A stretch of DNA of 64,000 nt, taken from contig CAWDEM010000008.1 in the NCBI GenBank assembly GCA_963801355.1, positions 416,001 through 480,000 on the forward strand. The letters are read 5' to 3'. Positions 30,543 to 39,531 of this stretch are shown piece after piece; the stretch's first letter is position 1; each line of letters begins with the position of its first letter. The translations under genes and the position numbers were made by a program. The notes beneath the pieces are model-generated. The model made no database searches and was not told the DNA's origin. It worked only from the letters and a program-made list of their open reading frames with translations. This DNA is from Ignavibacteriota bacterium. GTDB taxonomy: Bacteria; Bacteroidota; Ignavibacteria; UBA10030; UBA6906.

Positions 30543-30571
30543 TTGACTTAACACCATCCCCCTCCTATATT
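30543..30571 (+). promoter_or_regulatory. Putative sigma70-type promoter of the membrane protein / AAA+ regulator operon
   Basis: TTGACT-N17-TATATT. Confidence 0.65.
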
Positions 30572-30599
30572 GCAGGCAGCCACAATAGCGGCTGGGAAC

Positions 30600-31766
30600 G
30601 TGAACCTTAGCGGCAAAAATATCTTCAGGATCTGGATTTTCATCATGGCTGTCTACACCGTCCTGCTCCTATCCCTGGAGCACGAGCCGGTGAGCGTGTC
30701 TCTCTTCGCCCTGATTTCTATGGAGACGCTCAGCTTTCTGATTACTGTCGCCATCATACGCCGTGAGACGAGCACAAAGAACAAGATGATATTTGTCAAC
30801 TTTGCACTGGTCTTCAGTACGGCGTTCCTGGGGATGATTGGTTCGTTTATTACACATTCGATGTTTCCCGATAACCGCTTTGCTAAACACCTTTTCGACC
30901 AATATACCTCATACGGGGCCTATGCATTCTTCCTGGCCTTCAGCATAGGGTACCTAGCGATCGACGTTCTCTTTCGTGACTTCAGAATATTCGCAAAGTA
31001 CAGCGTAACCCTCCTGGTTGTCGGCGGACTCTTTGTGCTCTACTTCCACCCATTCCTGACGGACCCGATGCACTCTTACCACACTCAGGACATTCGGGAC
31101 TGGAAGACCGTGGATTCCTTGAATAGTGCCTTCATCAAGACGCGGGGATACGGACCCAACGCTGAGGAACTTGCTCAAACGAGCCAGTTGTACGTGTACG
31201 ACGGGAAGGACACGGTAGCCGTGCTTCAGCCTGAAGCAAGAGAACGCCGCATCGCCCAGCTGCTGCCCTACGTCGGCGACAATTACGGTCCGCTCGTGAA
31301 CAAGCCAATCTTGCAGTACACAATTCAAATGTCAATCGTCGGCATCATTTTTTCGTTGCTCTTTTTTGGCTACCTCTACATGAAAGATCCTCCCCAGGGA
31401 GCATATATCGAAAAGATCATGTTCCTGTGGCTCGTTTTCTGCAGCATGGAGGTACTCCATAACTGGGGGGCCATCAACGCTGTCGAGTGGGAAACGCTGT
31501 CAAGCATCTTCTCGACAGGTCAATATGCTTCAAATGTGGCCCTCGTGTTCATTGCGCTCTATCTTTCGCTCCGACTACGGTTCATCACAAGTGTCAAGGG
31601 GGAATTTTACGAACAGGAATTGTCAGAACGTCCGGCAGGGGTTACGCGCTGGCGCGATACGCTGGACAATATGGTGGTGGAAAGCTTCTTCAACCGGCAG
31701 ACAATCATGGGGAGGCTCTTTGCCGTGCCGGCCCACCAGCAACACCAACATTCACAACCTCGGTAG
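30600..31766 (+). CDS. Polytopic membrane protein of unknown function (about 8 TM helices, one large loop)
   Basis: Hydrophobic segments judged by eye. The start is uncertain (GTG 30600 or ATG 30645) because the TTG at 30570 overlaps the -10 box. Confidence 0.75.
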   Translation: MNLSGKNIFRIWIFIMAVYTVLLLSLEHEPVSVSLFALISMETLSFLITVAIIRRETSTKNKMIFVNFALVFSTAFLGMIGSFITHSMFPDNRFAKHLFDQYTSYGAYAFFLAFSIGYLAIDVLFRDFRIFAKYSVTLLVVGGLFVLYFHPFLTDPMHSYHTQDIRDWKTVDSLNSAFIKTRGYGPNAEELAQTSQLYVYDGKDTVAVLQPEARERRIAQLLPYVGDNYGPLVNKPILQYTIQMSIVGIIFSLLFFGYLYMKDPPQGAYIEKIMFLWLVFCSMEVLHNWGAINAVEWETLSSIFSTGQYASNVALVFIALYLSLRLRFITSVKGEFYEQELSERPAGVTRWRDTLDNMVVESFFNRQTIMGRLFAVPAHQQHQHSQPR

Positions 31767-31799
31767 AACGCCACATGTACTGCCGTCAAGGGGGGGGCC

Positions 31800-32816
31800 A
31801 TGGAGCATAGGGAACAGAAATCGGCCGACGATAAGAAAGGCCGGCCGCACTTCGAATACCCCATCGTCGGGAAAAGCAAGGCCGTCGATCAACTCATCAA
31901 ACAGATTTCGTCGCTGGCAAAGAACCGCCGGGATGTGCTGATCGTGGGCGAAGCAGGCGTCGGCAAGGGGGCCGTCGCAAAGGATATCTATATCAGCGGC
32001 AAGGGCTTTGGCAACAACGGACCGTTCTTCTCCATTAACCTCTCCGTAGCGGACGACCGTGAGCTGGATTCACTCCTTTTCGGCCACGACAGAAGCGGAC
32101 CCGGCGTCGGCTCGGCTCCACAACAGGGCATACTGGACCAGGGAGAAGGGGGCACGATCGTCCTGGAAGAACTGGAGGAAGCCAGCTTCCGCAACCAGCG
32201 CAAGGTCATTACGTTCCTGTCCGAACGTGTTCACCACAACGGACGACCTGCCACCGATCTGCGAGTCGTCATTACCATGAAGAGCGATCCTGCACTGCTC
32301 CTGCAGGAGCACAAACTCATGGATGAAGTCGCGCAACGCCTCCGGGAATTTGAGATCGTCGAAATCCCCCCGCTGCGCGAGCGGCTGGAGGATATCCCGA
32401 TCCTTGTCAAACACTTCAGCTCCGAGATCTGCAAAGAACTCCAGATGCCGGAACTGGTCATCGATATCAACGCGATCGACGTCCTTGTGGCTCAGCCGTG
32501 GCGCGACAACATCCGCGGCCTGAAATCGGTGATAGACAAGTGCGTGCTGCTTTCTCGCGACGGACGCTTCATCCTGCCTCCAGAGCTGGTCGACGAGAAG
32601 TCGGAAGTCGCGAAAATGATCAACAACATTCTGGCAGGCCAGGAATTCATACTCGACAAGTCACTGGATGTTATCGAGAAGGGCATCATCGAACGATCAC
32701 TTGAGAAGTTCGGCTTCAATCAGTCGCGGGCGGCTCAGTTCCTTGGTATGACGGAACAGACCTTCCGGTACAAACTGAAGCGATTGGGAATTGCCAGCGC
32801 CCGAACCAGGGCGTAG
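31800..32816 (+). CDS. Degenerate sigma54-interaction (NtrC-like AAA+) Fis-HTH regulator without a sensor domain
   Basis: GEAGVGK Walker A, PPLRERLEDIP, NQSRAAQFLG HTH. GAFTGA motif absent. Confidence 0.85.
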   Translation: MEHREQKSADDKKGRPHFEYPIVGKSKAVDQLIKQISSLAKNRRDVLIVGEAGVGKGAVAKDIYISGKGFGNNGPFFSINLSVADDRELDSLLFGHDRSGPGVGSAPQQGILDQGEGGTIVLEELEEASFRNQRKVITFLSERVHHNGRPATDLRVVITMKSDPALLLQEHKLMDEVAQRLREFEIVEIPPLRERLEDIPILVKHFSSEICKELQMPELVIDINAIDVLVAQPWRDNIRGLKSVIDKCVLLSRDGRFILPPELVDEKSEVAKMINNILAGQEFILDKSLDVIEKGIIERSLEKFGFNQSRAAQFLGMTEQTFRYKLKRLGIASARTRA

Positions 32817-32871
32817 GAACTCTCGGGTGTTGCCCACGTTCCTGAAGCCGGGACAAGCGGTGATTCAAACA

Positions 32872-32908
32872 AACCAGCCCTCGCACTACGAGGGCTGGTT
32901 CTTTTTTT
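32872..32908 (+). terminator. Intrinsic terminator
   Basis: AACCAGCCCTCG-CACTA-CGAGGGCTGGTT followed by CTTTTTTT. Confidence 0.85.
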
Positions 32909-34010
32909 CCCCACTGAAACTCTGTTCCTTCCAGACCACCGTCCGGCCGGAGAGAACTATCACTGGAAAAATCAGCACGTACAAGAAATAGTAGACCTCA
33001 TACACGGGGAAAGCAGGGAGCAAATCCCACCTCCTGAATGTGTAAAGCGACGGCAGACAGAGGAGGAGATCCACACCCACCTTCAATAGTGCGGCCGTCC
33101 AGACCAGGGGCCCCGGAGCAAAAACCACACCGGCCACCAATCCGGCATGCAACAGCCAGGCTCCAGCGAACATCGCAATCGTCTGCAGATTCATGTCGCG
33201 CCCACCCGTGAACCAGCGCTTTCGTTGACGGTAGAGCTCACGCCAGGTGGGGCACGCCTCGCTTTCGACAAGTGTCGCCGGATCAAGGGGAAAAATGGCT
33301 CGATAACGGGTGGTGGCCGTGACCGCGTGGAACAAGGCATAGTCCTCGGTGATGCTGAAGGGAATGCCCTCGTAGCCTCCCACGGCATCGTACGCCGCCT
33401 TTCGCACCGACAGATTGTTGCCAACGGCTGTCACGGGGAAACCCAGACGGTTGGCTCCGGCAGCGACGGAGAACAGGGCAAACCAATCGAGAGTCTGCAT
33501 TGCCTCGAACAACGTCGCCGATCGAATGGCTGTAAACCCGGGCACAATGCCCACTGACTCATCGGTGTAATACTTCACCGTTTCGTCTACCCAGCCCGGT
33601 GGCACCGCGCAGTCGGCGTCGGTCATCATGATGATCTCGCCGGTTGCAATAGCCATGCCCTGCTGTAGCGCGTTCGCTTTTCCGCGGAGATGCCCCGTTC
33701 CCGGTTGTGCATTGTGCAGCCTCAGAAACGGGCAGAGGTCAAGATACTCACGAACGATGTCCGCTGTTGCATCCGTGGAACGGTCGTTTACGAGAATCAC
33801 CTCCAGAAGCTCCCGGGGATACCGGAGACGCGTGACGGCATCGAGGCAGCGCCGGATATTCTTTTCTTCATTGCGGGCAGCGATGAGCACGGAAACCCGC
33901 AGACGAATTCCACTGTTATGTGGATAACGGGCAAAGGCAGCGCCGACGGTGAAAAACAACATCCCGGCTGCGTACGCTACCGCAAGTATCAGGAGGGTCA
34001 GAACAAACAT
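32886..34010 (-). CDS. Family 2 glycosyltransferase, membrane-bound
   Basis: IAARNEE, NDRSTD, GKANAL, TDADC, TED and QRKRW motifs. Confidence 0.9.
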   Translation of the reverse strand: MFVLTLLILAVAYAAGMLFFTVGAAFARYPHNSGIRLRVSVLIAARNEEKNIRRCLDAVTRLRYPRELLEVILVNDRSTDATADIVREYLDLCPFLRLHNAQPGTGHLRGKANALQQGMAIATGEIIMMTDADCAVPPGWVDETVKYYTDESVGIVPGFTAIRSATLFEAMQTLDWFALFSVAAGANRLGFPVTAVGNNLSVRKAAYDAVGGYEGIPFSITEDYALFHAVTATTRYRAIFPLDPATLVESEACPTWRELYRQRKRWFTGGRDMNLQTIAMFAGAWLLHAGLVAGVVFAPGPLVWTAALLKVGVDLLLCLPSLYTFRRWDLLPAFPVYEVYYFLYVLIFPVIVLSGRTVVWKEQSFSGEKKNQPS

Positions 34011-34166
34011 GCGTTGCGGAATTTTCGCGATTTGAATTTTTTTCAGAATACAGAATTCCCCCAGCGAATGCAAGCTGCAGCAAACTTGTCTTTCTGCCAA
34101 GTTTTCCTATATTTGTATCGTCTAAAGCACTCTCACCAACTATCCATAATTGTGATGGAGGTTCCA

Positions 34167-34532
34167 ATGAAACTCAGGTCAATGCTGGCACTTGTTGCCC
34201 TCGTGCTGTTTGCAGGAGTCGCCTTTGCACAGTCGATCGAGACCGGTGAGTTTACCGCTTCCCCCAACCAGGAAGGTTTTTCGCTGAATACCGGGAAGGG
34301 TGATCGAGTATATATTGAGACCATCGCTTTTGACAAAGGCTTCAAGGCACCCCCCAAAGTCCATGTGTTCCTCTCCGGATTCGATGCAAAAGGCGATGAG
34401 ACCGGCGTCGTGCGGGTCCACGTCAGCGCGTCAAAGGTCACCAAGACCGGCTTCACACTTCGCGTAAAGACCTGGGGTGAGAGCATTGTCGGCTCCGCAT
34501 GGGGCACCTGGATGGCAGTTGGTGTGAGGTAA
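34167..34532 (+). CDS. Secreted H-type lectin domain protein
   Basis: Signal peptide, IAFDKGFKAPPKVHVFLSGFD...VTKTGFTLRVKTW...WMA pattern, GGAGG ribosome-binding site. Confidence 0.75.
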   Translation: MKLRSMLALVALVLFAGVAFAQSIETGEFTASPNQEGFSLNTGKGDRVYIETIAFDKGFKAPPKVHVFLSGFDAKGDETGVVRVHVSASKVTKTGFTLRVKTWGESIVGSAWGTWMAVGVR

Positions 34533-34560
34533 GAATCTTGAGCTGCACGCTGCATCCCGC

Positions 34561-34589
34561 TGCGGGCTGCCGTCCGACGGTAGCCCGCA
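34561..34589 (+). terminator. Hairpin after the lectin gene
   Basis: TGCGGGCTGCCGT-CCG-ACGGTAGCCCGCA, followed by TCTGTTTCT. Confidence 0.6.
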
Positions 34590-34613
34590 TCTGTTTCTGA
34601 AAGGAATGAGTCT

Positions 34614-36104
34614 ATGAAGGAGTTGTCTTCGGATAAGCCCCGTTGTCATTGCGCCATTTTCGGTGTCTATGGTCACAACGCAGCCGCTCAACTCAGCTAC
34701 TACGGATTGCTCGCGCAACAGCATCGCGGTCAGGAGGGTTCGGGGATCGTCACTTCCGAATTTGATACCACGCAACAACGCTACCGGTTCCATCTGCACA
34801 AAGGCGTTGGGCTGGTTGACGATGTCTACAGCGACCGCTTGCTGCTCACCGAGGCGCTTCGCGGCACCTCCGCCATCGGCCATAACCGCTATTCCACGTC
34901 CGGCTCGGCCGACAACAAGGCGAACATCCAGCCGTTTACGGTGATGTATAAAGGAGGCAATCTTGCCATCGCTCACAACGGCAATCTGACGAATTTCCGG
35001 GAAATCCGAAAACGCCTCCAGGATTCCGGGACGATATTCCAAACAACGTCCGATACGGAAGTCATTCTCCATCTCATCGCTCGCAGCCCGAAGACCGATC
35101 AGCTCGAACAGATCCGCGATGCACTCGCACAGGTACGGGGCGCATATTCACTTGTGATTCTCACCGACCACGGGTTGATCGTTGCGCGAGATCATCACGG
35201 GGTGCGTCCGCTGGCGATCGGACGGAAGGATGGGGCATTCTTCGTCGCGTCCGAGACCGTCGCGTTTGACATCATCGACGCTGAATACGTTCGCGATGTC
35301 AAACCCGGCGAAATGGTTGTCTTCGACGACGAGTCCTTGCGCACCGGCGAAGGAAAATCCTCCGTCATCCCCGGCGAATCCGGCATGCCGCATCACTGCA
35401 TCTTCGAGTTTATCTATTTCTCCCGGCCGGACAGCCAGATATTCGGTCACAGCGTGGACAAGGTGCGGCGCAAACTCGGCAAGACTCTTGCGCTGGTGCG
35501 TCCGGTGGTGCCGAAGAATCCCTCAGATAAGGTCATCGTCATCAATGTTCCCGATTCGAGCAATACCGCCACCATGGGGTTCGTGCAGGCAACGAACAAG
35601 CAGGGAGGCAACGCCAAACTGGAGATCGGCCTGATCCGGAGCCACTACATCGGGCGCACATTTATCGCGCCCCGGCAAGAAGTCCGGCAGAACAAAGTGA
35701 AGATCAAGTTCAATATCGTCAAAGGTGTGTTGAAAGACCGCGTTGTAGTAATTGTCGATGACTCCATCGTGCGCGGTACGACGTCCAAGCAGCTTGTACA
35801 ACTCATCCGGCAAGGGGAGCCGAAAGAGGTGCACTTCCGCGTGACTGCTCCGCCTATTACGCATCCCTGCCATTATGGGATGGACTTTCCGACGCAGCAT
35901 GAGCTGATCGCACATCAGTTCGGCGGGGATGTGGATGCGATAGCGAAAGAGCTCGGCGTCGACAGTCTGGGTTACCTGACCATCGACGAGCTTCTCGCTT
36001 CAGCACCCGCCGAACACGGCGAGCATTATTGCACCGCATGCTTCAGCGGAAAGTATCCCATCCCCATCGACGTCCAACAAAGCAAAGATGAGAATGAGGC
36101 GTGA
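34614..36104 (+). CDS. purF: Amidophosphoribosyltransferase
   Basis: Propeptide plus CAIFG, QHRGQE, HNRYST, VDDSIVRGTT, Fe-S cysteines. Confidence 0.95.
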   Translation: MKELSSDKPRCHCAIFGVYGHNAAAQLSYYGLLAQQHRGQEGSGIVTSEFDTTQQRYRFHLHKGVGLVDDVYSDRLLLTEALRGTSAIGHNRYSTSGSADNKANIQPFTVMYKGGNLAIAHNGNLTNFREIRKRLQDSGTIFQTTSDTEVILHLIARSPKTDQLEQIRDALAQVRGAYSLVILTDHGLIVARDHHGVRPLAIGRKDGAFFVASETVAFDIIDAEYVRDVKPGEMVVFDDESLRTGEGKSSVIPGESGMPHHCIFEFIYFSRPDSQIFGHSVDKVRRKLGKTLALVRPVVPKNPSDKVIVINVPDSSNTATMGFVQATNKQGGNAKLEIGLIRSHYIGRTFIAPRQEVRQNKVKIKFNIVKGVLKDRVVVIVDDSIVRGTTSKQLVQLIRQGEPKEVHFRVTAPPITHPCHYGMDFPTQHELIAHQFGGDVDAIAKELGVDSLGYLTIDELLASAPAEHGEHYCTACFSGKYPIPIDVQQSKDENEA

Positions 36105-36642
36105 GTTTTGGACGATACCGAATGCACTCAGTATTCTCCGCATTCTGCTTGTGCTCCCGTTCCTGGCGGCGATCTTTTCTTCAGGAGCGGATGCCCGGTG
36201 GTGGGCACTCTTCTGGATGGGCCTGGGTGTCCTGACAGACAAGCTCGACGGCGACGTCGCGCGCTGGACCCACAGCGAGTCAGAATGGGGGCGCATTCTC
36301 GATCCACTTGCCGACAAAGTGGGCGTCGGAGCGGTTGCCCTCGCATTGCTCATCAAGGGTTGGCTGCCACTCTGGTTTGTTGTCGTGCTTCTCTTCCGGG
36401 ACACGGTGATTCTCATCGGCGGGTTAGTGATCAAACAGAAAACCGGAGAGGTTATACCTTCAAACATGGCAGGGAAGTGGGCCGTCGGCGTGATCGGCGG
36501 GACATTGATTGTCGCGATCGTTGATTACACCACGCCGTTTCTCTCTTACTGCATAGGCCTCAGCCTTGCCATGGTCGCGCTTTCGACCGCGGGCTACCTG
36601 AAGCGATTCGTGCAGATCATGCGCGTGCAAAAGGCAAACTGA
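36088..36642 (+). CDS. CDP-alcohol phosphatidyltransferase
   Basis: TIPNALSILR and TDKLDGDVAR...GRILDPLADK. Confidence 0.9.
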   Translation: MRMRREFWTIPNALSILRILLVLPFLAAIFSSGADARWWALFWMGLGVLTDKLDGDVARWTHSESEWGRILDPLADKVGVGAVALALLIKGWLPLWFVVVLLFRDTVILIGGLVIKQKTGEVIPSNMAGKWAVGVIGGTLIVAIVDYTTPFLSYCIGLSLAMVALSTAGYLKRFVQIMRVQKAN

Positions 36643-36648
36643 CGACTG

Positions 36649-37590
36649 ATGGGACTACTCGACAAGATCGGTATGGGCCGGCTCCGGGAGGGATTGTCAC
36701 GGACCCGGGACGGACTTTTCGGCGCGGTGACACGGATAGTGACCGGCAGTGTGAAGATCGATGAGCAGTTGCTTGAGAACATGGAAGAGACACTGATTGC
36801 GGGCGATGTCGGTGCTGGAACAGCCGTGGAGATCATGAACGCCCTGCGTGAGCGGTGCAGGAAAGATCAGGTGAAGGAAGCTGCGGCGTTGCTTCCTCTC
36901 CTTAAAGAAGAAATCACCACCCGGTTGCGTGCGGCTGCGCCGGTGGGAGAAGCGCCATTCGCTCTCCCGGCTGCCCGTCCGTTCGTCGTCATGGTGGTCG
37001 GCATCAACGGAGTGGGAAAAACCACAACGATCGGGAAGCTTGCGCACCGGTATGTGGGGCAGGGGTACCGTGTCATGATTGCGGCCGCCGATACGTTTCG
37101 CGCAGCGGCGAATGAGCAGCTCGAGATCTGGGCAAAGCGGGCTGGTGCAGAGATCATACAGCAGAAGCAGGGTGCAGACCCGGCCGCCGTCGCGTTCGAC
37201 GCCGTAAGTGCCGCCGCTGCACGCGGATTCGATGTGGTGATTATTGATACCGCCGGGCGACTACACACGCGAACGAACCTGATGGAGGAACTCCGCAAGA
37301 TCCACCGCGTGGTCGGCCGTCACAGCCCTTCGGCGCCTCACGAGGTGCTGCTGGTGATCGACGCATCAACCGGTCAAAATGGCTTGCAACAGGCAAAGCA
37401 GTTCAGCTCCACGACCGGTGTCACGGGGCTCGTGCTGACCAAACTGGACGGCACGGCGAAGGGCGGCATTGTGCTCGCCATCGCACATGAATTGGGGATT
37501 CCCGTGCGCTACGTCGGTGTGGGCGAACGTCTGGACGACCTGCAGCCGTTCGACCCACAGCAATTCGCGGAGGCGCTGTTCGAGGGATGA
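36649..37590 (+). CDS. ftsY: Signal recognition particle receptor
   Basis: GINGVGKTTT, DTFRAAA, DTAGR, TKLDGTAKGG. Confidence 0.96.
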   Translation: MGLLDKIGMGRLREGLSRTRDGLFGAVTRIVTGSVKIDEQLLENMEETLIAGDVGAGTAVEIMNALRERCRKDQVKEAAALLPLLKEEITTRLRAAAPVGEAPFALPAARPFVVMVVGINGVGKTTTIGKLAHRYVGQGYRVMIAAADTFRAAANEQLEIWAKRAGAEIIQQKQGADPAAVAFDAVSAAAARGFDVVIIDTAGRLHTRTNLMEELRKIHRVVGRHSPSAPHEVLLVIDASTGQNGLQQAKQFSSTTGVTGLVLTKLDGTAKGGIVLAIAHELGIPVRYVGVGERLDDLQPFDPQQFAEALFEG

Positions 37591-39419
37591 ACGTAACACA
37601 CACAGAGAACGCGCCGGCATCACCCAGGCGGCGCGTCGAGGTCCTGCCGGACCACATTGCCAACAAGATCGCCGCCGGTGAGGTGATCCAGCGGCCGGAG
37701 TCTGTGGTCAAGGAACTCGTGGAGAATGCTATCGATGCCGGCGCACGTTCGTTGCAGGTGATCATCAAAGGCGGAGGCACCGACCTTGTGCAGGTGGTAG
37801 ACGACGGATACGGGATGGACGAACGGGATGCGGTGGCATCGTTTCTCCGCCACGCCACGAGCAAGATCGTGCGGTACGAAGACCTCGAAGAAATCGGCAC
37901 GTATGGATTCCGCGGAGAAGCGCTGGCATCCATCGCAGCTGTCGCGCAAGTGGTCTTGACAACGCGGCGCCCCGAGGATGATGTTGCAGTTGTCGTGCGC
38001 GTACATCCCGGCGGGGAAACCGAAGTCGCACGTGATGCGCGGCCGCCTGGCACCACGATCACGGTCAGCAATCTCTTCTATACCGTTCCCGCAAGAAGGA
38101 AATTCCTCAAGAGTACGCAAACAGAATTCCGGCATGTGCACGATGTCCTTGTCCGCACAGCGCTCTCCCACCCGGAATTGACGCTCGACTTCTACAGCGA
38201 CAACGAGACGGTGTTCCGGCTGAAGCCGTCAACCGTGGAGCAGCGCATTATCGATCTGTTCGGACAACGGACCGGCGAATCCCTGTTGTACGTGGCAGAG
38301 GAGTCTGAGTTCCTCTCGGTCTCCGGGTTCGTCGGAAAACCGACGTACGGACAGAAGACGCGGGCACATCAGTATCTGTTCCTTAATGGCAGATATATTG
38401 CGAACCGGAACATAGCGCACGCGGTCCTCGGTGCGTACGAGCATCTGCTCGAGAAGGGCTCCTTTCCTTTTTTCATCCTGTTCCTGCAGATTGATCCCCG
38501 GCGTGTCGACGTGAACATCCATCCCTCGAAGATGGAAGCGAAATTTGACGACGAGCAAGGGGTCTACCGCTTTGTCGCCGCGCTGGTGAGGAGGGCGCTC
38601 GGTTCCTCGGGAGCCGTTCCGGCAATGACGATCACGGGTGGGATGGACGGCGGCGATCCACTCGGGCTGCGGTTCACAGCGGCTCAACACGGCGGCGAAG
38701 CTCGCGGGTTCTCGCCGACACAATGGTTTCCGGACGGGCGGGTGAACAGAGAGACCGGGGAGATCCTGCCGCCGCTGGAGTTCGACGGTACGGGGCCGGC
38801 GGTCGCGAACGGAGCGGTGACGCAGGGTGAATTCACGGCGGATGATGAACCGGGACCTTTGCTGTGGCAAGTGCACAACAAGTACATCCTGTCGCAGATC
38901 AAGAACGGCATCATGATCATCGATCAGCATGTTGCCCATGAGCGTGTATTGTATGAGAGGGCACTTGAGAGACTGCAGCGCGGTCTGCGATCATCACAAC
39001 AACTGCTGTTCCCTTGCACAGCGCCGTTCTCTGCGTCCGACTATTCGCTCATTGAAGAACTCCTCCCGCAACTCGAAGAGCTGGGATTTGACATCAAGCC
39101 GTTTGGCAAGAATACGCTGATGATCGAGGGTGTTCCCACTGACGTCCGTCCGGGCCAGGAACACTCGATTCTTGACGAGATGCTCGCGTTGTACAAGGAG
39201 TACCGCCGGGAAGCACCAACGGATGTACGTGACAACCTTGCGAAGTCGTTCTCCTGCAAGTCCGCCATCAAATCGGGAGATTCGCTGACGGAGCAGGAAA
39301 TGCGTTCGCTGATCAGCCAGCTTTTCGCCACGCGAATGCCCTATGTGTGTCCGCACGGCAGGCCGGTGGTCTTGCGTATTCTTACAGAGGAGCTCGACCG
39401 CCGGTTCGGGAGGCGTTAA
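37587..39419 (+). CDS. mutL: DNA mismatch repair endonuclease MutL
   Basis: IAAGEVI, GFRGEAL, DQHVAHE, CPHGRP. Confidence 0.96.
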   Translation: MNVTHTENAPASPRRRVEVLPDHIANKIAAGEVIQRPESVVKELVENAIDAGARSLQVIIKGGGTDLVQVVDDGYGMDERDAVASFLRHATSKIVRYEDLEEIGTYGFRGEALASIAAVAQVVLTTRRPEDDVAVVVRVHPGGETEVARDARPPGTTITVSNLFYTVPARRKFLKSTQTEFRHVHDVLVRTALSHPELTLDFYSDNETVFRLKPSTVEQRIIDLFGQRTGESLLYVAEESEFLSVSGFVGKPTYGQKTRAHQYLFLNGRYIANRNIAHAVLGAYEHLLEKGSFPFFILFLQIDPRRVDVNIHPSKMEAKFDDEQGVYRFVAALVRRALGSSGAVPAMTITGGMDGGDPLGLRFTAAQHGGEARGFSPTQWFPDGRVNRETGEILPPLEFDGTGPAVANGAVTQGEFTADDEPGPLLWQVHNKYILSQIKNGIMIIDQHVAHERVLYERALERLQRGLRSSQQLLFPCTAPFSASDYSLIEELLPQLEELGFDIKPFGKNTLMIEGVPTDVRPGQEHSILDEMLALYKEYRREAPTDVRDNLAKSFSCKSAIKSGDSLTEQEMRSLISQLFATRMPYVCPHGRPVVLRILTEELDRRFGRR

Positions 39420-39531
39420 CCTTCCGCAGTCCGGCCGGAGGAGGCAGGTCCGACCGCCATATTGCAATTCGTGCGGGTGCTTCGTAAATTCATACGATAT
39501 ATCGTTTTTTGTCAAACTCTAGGAACAGGCA

